A DNA stretch of 56,588 nt, filler included, from Bipalium vagum (lineage: Eukaryota), in the NCBI GenBank assembly GCA_037834085.1. It is 3 parts of 3 records of this genome, joined end to end, with 100 filler letters (N's around TTAATTAATTAA, not from the genome) between each part and the next. Parts side by side here need not be neighbours in the genome. Positions count along the whole stretch, not along the records: positions 1 to 18,157 come from JBBMKC010038815.1; 2 more parts are not named here. One strand, 5' to 3'. The position numbers and the translations under genes were made by a program. Under the pieces are notes generated by a model. It searched no databases, was not told where the DNA came from, and saw only the letters and a list, made by a program, of their open reading frames with translations. Below, in pieces: positions 1 to 12,800 of the stretch (within the stretch, counting starts at the first letter, position 1; each line of letters opens with the position of its first letter).

Positions 1-635
1 TTTACTGATTGTTTTGATTTGCACCACCTAAGATTTTGGAGTCAGGTTAAATTTGATACCCTAAATATTGAACAATACAAAAAACCCCATGAAAATCGAA
101 TATTTTGAAAAGTAATTAAGTGTTTTCTTTATCAAAAATTATATGAATAATAATAATATTATGAACATTTTACAAAAAGAGAATTACCAGTACTCACCAA
201 AATCTCAAATATTGTAGAATCTAAAATTATATTACATTTGTAAGGCTGTTAAATGTAAAATAAAGCTCTTAAAACAGTAAAAAGAAAACGGTTGATTGCT
301 TATTGATGAAATGTGCTTATTTTCACCTTGATTTTACCAAGCTAGGCATTTGATGTCACTAACATGTTTCTAAATGAAGTTTGATGAAAGTGTTTATTGT
401 TTTCAAACTAGTTTGATGATAATCACTTACCATTCTACGGGTTTGGTTTTTAGTTAATTTGAAGCAAGTCTAAAACAAATTGCAAGTTGGAAGACCAAGT
501 TAAAAATATGACCAATTTGAAAGATTTTCAACAGAAATAACAAAGTAATCAGTTTGATAATGAATAATATTTTTTCACCGACTTATTATTAATTTGAACT
601 ACACTAAATCTTTTCATATTTTTAAAGAAATTCAC

Positions 636-1227
636 TTGAAATTGTGGGAAAACATTTCTTGTGAGAAGCAGGTGAATAATGGTAGTTGATTTTGCGAATA
701 AATTCATAACCTGATCTCGAGCGTATACATCTTGATGATTAATTTGAAGAACTTGATCTCCTAATTGAATCTCCTGGACGTAGCTGGCTGGTGAATATGG
801 TTCAATCTGTTAAAGAATGTTGTATGCGAAAAATATGAATATCGAGCACTCACTTCCCCAATGAAAATATCTGATATATCAGAATTAAAAGTATTTTGGC
901 AATAAAATAAAGTTAATCCATATTTTTGATCAATACTTTTATGCAGCACAACTTCCTGAAACACAAAACCTTAATAATATTTGTTCAGTTAAATTCGTAC
1001 TTCACACACAAACCCTGACGTCTGATCTTCCTCTTCTTCGGGATCACATTCGGCATAATTAACATCTTCGTACTCATAATCGGGAATATAGTAAATTGAG
1101 CTAACCATAAAGTACAGGACATTAGTCAAAAATTTAATTACTTCGAACTGGACGTTTTCTGATAATAAACTTCATAATCGTTTTCCTGCGGAGGTAGCAT
1201 AGATGCATTAACATAATGTGGCCACAT
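636..1227 (-). CDS. PDZ-domain protein, PDZRN3/PDZRN4/PDZD4 (Slip1)-like; 5' four coding exons, 3' end unresolved
   Basis: Manual splicing on the - strand: exons 1227-1142, 1100-1001, 955-854 and 806-636, with GT-AG introns of 41, 45 and 47 nt, all phase-compatible. Product: MWPHYVNAS...acidic YEYEDVNYAECDPEEEEDQ...EVVLHKSIDQKYGLTLFY...IFIGEIEPYSPASYVQEIQLGDQVLQINHQDVYARDQVMNLFAKSTTIIHLLLTR. This is a complete PDZ fold resembling the second PDZ of PDZRN3. The ATG at 1227 is tentative, because an acceptor at 1233 implies an upstream exon. Confidence 0.8.
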
Positions 1228-3845
1228 TGGTCCTGTAAAATTTTTACTCTCTGTTAGCGTACAATGTTCATTCTTATTAGGGATTTTCTAGAGAAAAACA
1301 TTTCATAAGAACCATGAATTAATAGTATTTACAATTATTAAAGTGAGACTCAGAAAGGTTAGAAGTTTAAAAAGCAATAATTAAAACAAATTATCATATT
1401 TTAAATAAAAATAAAAGGAAAATGGGTACAATTCATTACAACTAAAAGAAATTTAAACATTTTCAAGAAAATTAATGTCTTTTTTCTTTTATTGATATTG
1501 TTCGACAGGTTGGGATACAATGTTTCAGTTATAAAATAAAATATCTCTATTTTCCAATAGTTATAAATCTGACAGTCATAAAGTATACCATTGATCATTA
1601 TCACTTACAATTTATATATTACTAGCCAATGTTTTGCACTGCTTTTAAGGTGATCATTGTCATTATGTCGTTGATAGTATTGTGCTCAAGACATTTTCAA
1701 ATTTTTTGCTTTACTCGTGTATCTCGTGTATCCAAAGTGGATATGTTCATCCGGTCTGAAAACTGTCAATTATTTTCTCTTCTCATTTTCATAGACACGT
1801 TTGATAAAAATGCTAACTATTAATAAGCAAATTATATGTAATCCATTAAATGAAGATTACCATAAAACAAAAATTTCCCAGTTTACAGAAATATATTGGC
1901 TAAATTAGTGAACAGACCAAAAGATATATTCATAAAAAATAGTTGTTATTTTAACTATTGTTTGAGGGGTACGTAGAGTTAAAATGAAGGAAAGATAAAT
2001 AAGCATAAAATAATTTTAGTTAAGTGAGAAAATTATCAATAAACATTTTCACATTGACAAAATCAGCTGATGTCAAAGACCTGAAAAATAAAATAAATTT
2101 CTAAAAAATAACAGAACGTCAGTTATGTGATGATAACGAACACGATTATAGATTGATATTTATTTCAGTTTTTTGATATGAAATATAATTCGAAGGAAAA
2201 TTACACTTAATAATGTTCAGTAATTTTTGGTTTTTCATATTAAGTTTTACAGTGCTTTTTTATAATGATTTTATGAATTTTAAAGGAGAAATTTCATCAT
2301 TTGTCAAAATTCCTCATATTTTCTTAATATTTTATTTTTAATCTTTTCTCTATTAATATCATTTCATACTGCAATCTTCATCAGCAATTCATTTTCCATT
2401 CGATATCATTTTTTTCAGATAATTTTAATTTTCAAAGTTTATTAAAATATAAATTCTTTAAAAAATATCTTTAAAATAAAACTGTCACTTCAAATAAAAT
2501 AGAAAAACTTGAAGCGCTGATCAAAATCAAAATGAAAATAATTCAATGTTAATTTAATTTAATTTATTAACTATCATGCATGATTCGTTATGATCACTGT
2601 AATATTAGCAGAGAATTTTTCTTGTGTATTGATCATAGATCCTAATGTGTCAAGTCGAATTAATTAACCCACGCATTATTACGAATGAAATCCAATTTAT
2701 AGTTTCAATAAAATAATTTATATTAAAAATATTTTTCTCTGAAATTAACTAATAAAATACAAATTTAATGAGTGAAAAAGAAATCTTCAGAAATATTAAA
2801 ATTTATGCATTTGTAACATCAATATTTCTTTATAGGATTTATTATATTATTGTAGTGTGAAGTTAATTTTGCAAATCTTTGGTTTCATAAAGTAAAATAT
2901 AAAATGTAATTAATAAAAAATAATTTTGAATTGAGAAAAAAATTTTCTTTATAATAAACTCATAACCGAAAATGAAAATCAAAATAAATCAATATTGATT
3001 ATTATAGAACGGAAAAACGGTATTTTGAGGTCTGTCTTTAATTTTTTGAAAATAATTCACATTAAATTAGAATAAATAATTAAATAAAGGTAAATTAAGA
3101 AAAAAATATTTTTTTTGAAAAATTAAATCTAATGATTAAAAGAGGTGAGCTTAAATTTCCCAATAACATACACTTCAAATTAATAACATAAAAATAATAA
3201 TAATAAAAAAAATAATAACTCACAATTTCATCACTAAAATTCATTGAAATTAATTATAATAATAAAAAATATAAAATTGAAAATATATTTAAGATTAAAA
3301 ATAATTTTATACTTAAAATTATTGAAATATGATTGGACATTGGAGACGCAGTAATCATATCAATTTTCAAAATAAAAATTAAATATTTAATATCTATTTA
3401 GGTAACTTAAATTTATTGTAAAGAAATTAATTTAAATATATATTTTAAGTTATTATAAAATTTTTAATTTTTTTTAGAAAACGATATTTTTTATTTTATC
3501 GCTACAAAATATATTAATTTACAAATATTATTTTCTACCTTTCAAACATGTACTTAGTATATATCATCTAAGTAATCAATGAAAACTAGTTTTATATAGA
3601 TTAAAATGATTTTAAAGCATTTTAAATTTTTTAAGGGTTTTATTTAGATGATAAATGGATATTCATGAAACTAAAAATCAAAATCTTCGCTTTGTTTAAA
3701 TATTTCAATGAACTTTTATAAAAATGATATTCTTTTAAAAAATTATCAGTTACATAATTAGATTAATTTACTTAAGATATCTTTAGGGCATCCTAATTCT
3801 ATTGTAAAAATTCAAAATAAATTTTTAAAATCAAATTTCTAGAAA

Positions 3846-6800
3846 ATGAATTCAAATGTTTTAAAACTGTTTGATACACATGATATTAAAGATGTCAATA
3901 TTTCAAAATATGGATGGAATGCTACTTTTGACTGGGTTCCTCCAGTTAAATCTAAACCTTTTGCTTATCCAAGATTTAGCCAAATATACGGTTTTATAAC
4001 AATTGCAATTAGGTAATATTATTTCTTGAAATTTCACCGATTAATAACAGTCCAACAGATATTTCTTTTATGTATACAGAAGTAAAAAGAAAGAAGGCAA
4101 AAAGCCATTTATAGATTGTTTAAATCCAGTTGACTGTAATCCTATATACGGAGTTCCTATGGGAGGTATAGGAAGTGGGGCTATTGGAAGGGGCTTTCGA
4201 GGAGAGTTTTGTAGATATAGTCTAATACCCGGGATCTACGAATACCAAGAAGTTTGCGCCAATCAAGTAAGCATTTTTAGAAACAGTGGCACATTTCACT
4301 TTTAATGAAATACCTAAAAATATTTATAAATATGCAAATTTTCTTTGATTTCTGATGGAAATCTACTTGTATTATAAGTGAAACTGAAAAACGTTTATTT
4401 AATTTAAATTGTCATAATCATTATTGAAGTCATTAAATTACGAAAGTATTATGTTATCATGACAAAATATTGTTCATATTGTATTTGCTATGTTTTGTTT
4501 ACACTACCCCGCGTCACAATGAATTGGATCAAGAGTAAGTAACCAAGGTAACAATGGTGTCAGTTCAGATTTCTGAATATGTTGATTTTAATCACTTAAC
4601 TCTTTGAATCATTGTGGCATTAAATTTGTCCCACTTTTTTGATAGTTTGGCTGTACGGTAAGTTATCTTTTAAACCACCTCAATAAGACTAACTTGCACG
4701 AGCACAGCAGCTCGAAATTCATCACATCATGGGAACTAGTTAGTTCATTCATTGATCCGAGTTTCCCTAATTAGATTTTCAACGGGAGAAACATGTATCT
4801 GTGCCTTAAAGGATTGAGAAAATTGATTACAAGCATTTTTATTTACAGGACATTTTCATTAAATATCAAATTATCTTGTTAATTTTTATTATTTCAAATT
4901 TTATTTTATTTATTTTTTTATAATTATATTTGTTCAAACCATATAAATACTCTTTCTGTGATTCTATTTCATTATTATTTATATTGGGTAATTTTACTTA
5001 TTCAACAAGTTTTTTGATAAAAAAAATTATGAAAATATTTCAATATTTTTAAACTCAGAATGAATTTCACAGTTTTTTAAACTGTTATAACTCTATGTAT
5101 TTGAAAACGCTTACCATTCTGAACTCAGGGTCTTCTCATTTATATTATTTCTGCTACAGAAATCACTAAACTTTATTTTTACTGGAGAGTTACAGTAAAA
5201 TCAGATAAAATCATGTCTTCTAGTCAATGTAAGAGTTAATAATTATTATCATAGTCTGGAAATGCCCATATCATGAAATAGTTGCAATGTATAAAATAGC
5301 GGTTAAATAAAAATTAAGTAACAATTATGAGCAGTAAAAAGAAAAAGATATTATCATCGCTGAAAGCAAACAGTCCTTTGATCGTCAACTAGGCCATTTC
5401 GGTTTGCTTAGAGACAAATAAGACTCTATAGGACACTTTGAAGTGTCACATAACTGAGGATTTTTTAAATTAAAAGAATAAATTATGATTTCTTAGCCTT
5501 CTCAAGTAAAAATATTCAAACTGCAATCTTCCAACGTAAAAATGGACCGTTCATAAAGAACTCCTCTCCTTATATTATGTAGTCGGTCAACTCGCTCAGT
5601 CGTTGAAAAGTCAAAATTATTTCCAAAATTATTTCCTTTTAATAAGGAATATTATTATTATTTTGGACTTTTTTTATTATTATGATTATTAATAATATAA
5701 TAATCTAATTATTTATTTTTAAAACCTTTTGAAATCCAATAAAATTTCCGTCGTTCAGTAATCAAAGAAAATAATCTGACTGAAAATGTAAGTCCTAAGA
5801 AAATATTGTAATTTATGATTATGGTAATGAAAAAAGGACATTAATGATTAACTGTTTTTCAAATAATTGTTAATGGTTAAGTGTTTTCTTAATTTGTGGT
5901 AATGAATAGTTAATAAAATAAAATTTGAATATTTACATAATTTAATTCATAATTTATTGATATCACAATTTCAGACAGTTGTTTGTATTAACACGTATTG
6001 ATTTAAATTCCACAAATCTTCAAGCTTTTAATTTGTTTTTTGACATTATAAATCAAAATATTCAAATGAATGTCAAACCATAAAAAATCAATATGTCATT
6101 ATAAATTTTAAAAATACATTTAAAATAAAAAAATTATAATACATGTAATATAATAATATAAAATGCTTGTAATTAATTTACAAGTATGTCTCATTTTAAA
6201 TATTGTCATATTAACAAAGTCATTACATTGTAATTTTAAAATTAAAAATCCCCAAGGTCTGTGACATCCTTTATAGTTTTAATCAATGAAAATGAAATAG
6301 TCATTGTCAGAAAATATTTTATGAAATTCCGTATTTAATATCTGTTTCATAAAGTTACAGGCTCATGTATAAATATTTTTAAAAATTATCTAAAAAATGT
6401 TTAATATATATATATTTATTTATTTATTTAAAAATAACTCAATCCAAAATGAAAACAAGATATTATATAAACATATATAAAATCTTGTCTTATCATTACC
6501 ATTTCGATGTCTTCTCATGTGTCATAACCAGCCCTGGAAATTAAAATTTTCATGTAAATCCTCATCCCCACAAAATTGATTTTTATAATCATTTTTATTT
6601 GTTTCCAAGAAATATCCATCTATACTTTTGATGGTTACAAGGGCTAAAATATTTTTCAATGTTATTCAACTAATGAAAATATTGAATACAAAATCAATAC
6701 CTTATTCCGTTTTTCTTTAAATTAAATAAGAATGTGTTTTGCATGTTGAAATCTGCTGTTATTCTTTACTAGAATATCGTTACGATTCTTTTTAAAGTAA

Positions 6801-9800
6801 ATAAGACATTTTATTTAGTTCAAAAAATTATCCTCATTGTTTTTATTTCTATGATACACCTTATTATATTAGTTCCTGTATTGGCTCTCATCAACTTAAA
6901 AGCTTTTGTATTTTTCGGTGAATATCCATCACTTTGACAATATTGAATGTTTTTTATAAGATTATATTAAAAATTAAAACAAAAAAATGTTCGCTAATTT
7001 CAAATAACTTCATATAAACATTACAATTATTGCTGATTTTCATTTTAAACATGTTACACTTAAACCTGTATATTAATTGGAACAAAATGTAACATGTAAT
7101 GAATGAATATCATGTGATAGATACGTACAGAAAATGGAAATTATGGTTTCATAAAATGTTCTGTTAAAGTAAAGGAGGTAATAAAGATCGCAAATATTAT
7201 GAAAAGGAATATCATTTTTATTAAAGTGGTATCTTAGATCCTAGAATATTAAAAAGTAGAATAGAGGTACTGGAACTATATTGTTTAAAAAATGTCCATT
7301 AACCGAAATAAAGTTGTCTTGTGCAAGTTTAATATTTATTTTACAAGCTTTTCTTTTCCTTTATTCTTGATTTTATTGACAGCTTATTTATATTTCTTAT
7401 TTATGACGTTGAAAAGGCATTAGATGCTTTCGGAAATTAGATATTTCCAATTGTCTTAAATGTACAAGTTGTATTAGACTTAGTGATTGATTGCAAATGT
7501 TAATTCTGAAGTTTCCTTCTTATTTCAGATAATTGATTCGAAAGAAAAAATAATTATTGGTAAATGTAAATTAACCTTTTCTATTTAATATGAAATTCGT
7601 TCATGTTATTTTTTTTGCAAGTTTGCCGCAAATACTTTTTTTATATTTAATGTTTAGAATGTCATTGGATGTTTATTTCTTTTATTAATTTTTATATCGT
7701 TTATCAGTTATTTAAAAAATCAAAAGATAAAATGAATAAAAAAAATTACATAACATAAAAAAATTAAGTAATTTTATTATATTTTTAATTATAAATAAAA
7801 TATTGATAAAATAATTTTAATAAGATTTTATTTAAATAAAGATTTTAATAAATCGTAAATTGTTTTAAAATACAATTTCCTTTGTGATGGATATCTAAAA
7901 AATTTAAACAGTATCATTGATATAATTCCATATAATCAAGAATTATTAATAATATTATTTATTATATTAATATTTAATTATGAAATTATTTTTCATTTGT
8001 TAAGTATGAAAAAACTAAACTGGCTTAGAAATTTATTTGGAAGATTATAAGAAATGCTTAATTGACAAAATTATTTACATAAGATACAGATATTTTTGCT
8101 TAACGTTATTAAATAAATAATTATATCTAAATTGTTCTTTTTACCTATTAATTCATAAAATCGAGAAATATTTCCTTTTTTGAACTTGACTATGTTGAAT
8201 AAACAATATTCAGATATGTCTCATAAATTATCCTTAAACATTTTAGTTTATTTTGATTCTTTTTTAATAAGTTTTTTCCATATATTATATTTACACCCAC
8301 TCTAAGATTTTCTTTGTTTAAAAATATTTCACGTTTTTGATAAAAAATACTTCAAAACAAATCTTTTCAATTGTTTTATATGGTCAACCAAATCAATCGC
8401 TGTATAACATTATTCAAAACTTTCATTTATTTTTCGGATTTATTCTATTTTAACCGTATAATTTTCAAATTACTTGATTTTGATCGATTTATAAACTCCC
8501 TTTGGTAAAAATTAACAAAAATTAGATAAACACAACTAAGGGAACAGTAAAGTGAGAATAAAGAAAATATCAATAGTTTTTTGTTTTAAAAAATAATTAT
8601 ATGATTTATTTTCAAATAGAAACTAAGTTTTGTAACTTCAAAATTTGATAGGTTAACATTGACTAAATTTGTAAATTATTAACATTGATAGATTTAAGTT
8701 AGAAAATACTAATACTAGAATACACTAATAATAATAAAAACTTATTTTGTTCTGGAATTGTTTTTTAGAGATAAAGATTGATCGCGTTTTAATTACTTAA
8801 TCTTGCGAATCAACTATCTCATAAAAATATCTTGAATAAAAAAATAACTGTTAAAAATTGTCCATTTGAAAAGTAAATTTATATTGTTCAACAAAAAAAA
8901 TTAATCCATACGTGGTCCAAATATATCTTAATATAGAAAATATGATGCTGAAGCTGAGAAAATCAATCTACAGCTAAAGTTATAAACAAGATGAAATTAT
9001 CAGATTTGCTGACATTTAAGAACAAAAGAAAAAGTCATGAAATATATCTGAACAGAAAAGAGTAATCAATAGCATTATAAGAAAATTGCTAAAGCTTTGT
9101 TTAATATTAAGTATGGGAATTAACTTTCATCGTTTTTTAATGAAAATAAAGTCGTTTATTTAAATATAAGAAAACGTTTATTTCAGTCAAAATATTTTCC
9201 GTTAACAGCTACAATTTTTACCATCTTTCCGACAAAGAATGGATTCCACGGTAAAAGAAATTTTGATCCTTTAAAGAAATCCATTTTTGATATCTTCATA
9301 TGAATTGAAGGCCTGTCCAGCAAGAAAATCCTGCATGGATTGAAACAAGTGGAAGTCAGATGGCGCTATGTCTGGTGAGTACAACGGGGGGGTAGAATCT
9401 CTTATGTTTCTTTAACTGGTTTTGCAATATGTGGTCTGGAGTTACAAAATGATCTGATCATATCTTAGGTCATATTGTGGTCTCTTGGTACTTATTGCTC
9501 GACTTAAATCGAGTAATTGCTGCTGATTTTCGAAAAATACTGTCTCCCAAAATTATCCCACCACGTAGGAAAATGATTTTAAAACACAATAATTTTAAAT
9601 TTACAATTTCTAATAATTTAACCTTATTAAAACAAACATAAGAATGTCAAAAAAACATTTATTGATAAAATTTTCATCAGTAGGATGTATGACAACCATT
9701 CTTTTCAGCATATTACGCAATTCGGCAAGGACTTGACTGTTCCAAAAGGAATAAAGTTTCTTTGCTCTTTCAGTTGATTATTTAAAGATTCCAGGAAAGC

Positions 9801-12800
9801 AGGTGGTTCCGCATGCTACGTTTGCAATCTCCAGCCAAGTATATCCACAAATGCTCTATAATGAAGAGATCAGGATAGTACGAAGGCTTATGAAAAGTAT
9901 TGATTTTATTTTGCTTTAGAGCAACGATGGAAACTTTAAAAACATGAGGTCGTGCATTGTCATGTTGAAATCAGAGGTTGTACTGTTTCATAAAAGGTAC
10001 AAGGTTTCTCTATGATTTCTTTGGTATACTTTTTACCATTCAAAGTCCCATCAATCATTATCGAAGGGCTTAATTATTGAGAACACATTGTCGCCGATAC
10101 CATAATTGAGCCTTCGCCAAATTGGTGGTGTTGTACGATTCAACAATCTAAAAACCGTTCTGTAATTTGCCGTCTAACTCGAACTCTTCCATCCTGCATA
10201 TCCAAGCAGAACCGTGATTCGTCGGTAAAACCACCTTCTGCCAACTTTTATTAGATCAATTAAGTCTTAGATTTCACCAAATTAACCGGTTAGAATGATT
10301 TAGTGGAATTTTGATAATCGGCCGAAATAAACAAAAACCTAATTGCATGGCACGGCATTATAATCTTCTAAGAGATAGACTTTGTAAAGCTAAGTTCTGT
10401 TGTCTTTGAAACTGGTAAGACTTGGAGCAAGATTACCGAATAGAATGACAAATTGTTCTGCCCATGAGCTCAGTATGTAGACCATTTCACCATAGACCTT
10501 CCTTTAATTCAATACTCTCAGTTTCTTGTCATTCATCAATTCCACCAAAATGTTACAGTTTTTTAGTCCCTACACAGGCTGCGTGTCACCTGACGTTGAG
10601 AGAATCCAGCTTCAAGCAAGGCAACAATTCTTCCTTTTTCAAAATCTATAAGCTCACGGTAAGCCATTTTATACCATATAGAAATCCAAATGATTATAAA
10701 ATCAATATAAACCCCATATACATTACCTAAATAAAAGTTATGATGACATTTGGAATAATAAAAATTCAGTATACCTATCAAATGAATGTTTTTTTAGTCG
10801 TTTTCAAGGTAGTGGGATAATTTTGGCGCACAGTATATTATTTCTGAATTTTGAAGAACCCATAAAGAACTAATTTACAAAAATAAATGTTACATGGTTT
10901 TCTTGGAAATTGTTAAAGACAATATTTTAAATAAATATGTTATGGATTAAAGTGTGTTACTGATATATATTTGATGAACAAATGTATAACACTATATTGA
11001 TGATTATTTGTAAATGTCAATAGAAAATATACCAATTTAACAAATATCTGATATAAATTATTGATTTAATCTGCTTAACAAAAAATTAATTTTTTATCTA
11101 TTCATTGTTCAGACAATTATATAAATCAATGACATTACAAGAAACAATTACATTTTAAATTTATGAGATGAAAAAATTTTTTTCGGCGTTTTCCTTTTTA
11201 TTATCAAATCTTAAAAATCATGGAAGTTTATATATAAGAAAAGTATAAAATGTATAGACGTAAAAATTGAAAAAGTAAAAAAAATAATTTTGCCTGAAAA
11301 TAACAAAATATTCCAATTGATATTGATTTCTAATAATATTGAAGAAAATTCAATAAAGGCCTGTATTCATGTGTCAAATATTACAAAAAAATTGAATAAA
11401 AAAATCTGAAAGACCTTGAGATCAGATTTACTAAGAAAATTTGATAAAAATATTGCACAGAAGGATATGTCATATTAAAAAAATTTTCGATTTCTTTTAT
11501 AAATTAAGAAATGCTGAAATTTTAATATTGAAAGGTAGAAAGAATGATATCGTTATTGATTTTTAAAATTAATGTGAATTTTCTTTCATTAAGATTTATA
11601 ATATATTATATTATTTATTATATTTTTCTTTAATTAAAATTACTAATATATTATGACTTATTCTATATATTCTGTCATCGACAAAAGTCGTTCGCGTCAT
11701 GAAAATTTTTTTAATATGTTGAAAAAAGCGGATAATATTTGATGAAGCAAAATTAATGAGACCGGTTTAACTTTTAAATATTTATCTCTAGTTCTTATGA
11801 TCTTATCAGCATCAGTTTTATCTTGAATTAAGCACAAGACCACTAAGTCATATTTCATATAAAAAATTTACGTTATTCAAGTTACCACCTGAATTTCTTT
11901 AAGAAATAACTACTATCAGTGTTTATTTTCTAATTTGTAATAACGATTAAGAATGTTAAATATGCCACTGTTTCTGGAATTTTCTTTTAAAATCATACGT
12001 GTATAGTTCATTGTTACAGTACGCAAAAGAGGAGTTACTGTATACCAACAAGTTTTATCAATCCACCCAGCTCCCGAAGAAATTCCATCATTAAATGTTT
12101 GGAATTGGCAATTCCCTAGCACGAAAGCTGCATATATTGGTTTATTTCCTCGAGCATGGACCGTTTATGATATTACGGAACAGAAAATAAAATTGTTTTG
12201 TCGTCAAGTACGTATTGGAAACTTTTCAGTTTAGTCTGTAAAACTTTACAACAGGTTTCTCCAGTAATACCCAACGACTATCGAGATTCGTGTTTACCAT
12301 TGAGCTTGTTCAAATGGACGATATTAAATTACAGTAAAGAAAATGTCTGTGTTAGTATTACTTTGGTGATAAAGAATGGAACGGGAAATACGAATAAAGT
12401 TCCTCAGGGTTTGAAGTCTACTCGGTTAAAATACGATGTTTTCGAAGGTTGTTGTATTAAACAGAAAATACGAGACATGGACTGTTGCTACGGGTTAGCA
12501 GTCATGGAAACTGAAACAGTTTCTGTTTCAAGTTGCACATCCATAAAACTGTTTCCTAAACTTACCAATGAAAATTTGCCCGGACCATTTGAATTGTGGA
12601 CCAGTCTGTTGGAATCAGGGGATTTATCGAGTAAGTCAAACCATTTTTTATGGTTCACAATCAGAATTTGATCTAATCACAGAAATGAAAAACGAAGAGG
12701 TCAGTTGTAATAATGCCATAGCTATGGCTACATGTGGAAAAGTAAATGTGAAACCAATGTCGAAATCCGACGAGCTGAGCTTCGTATTCATTTGGCACAT

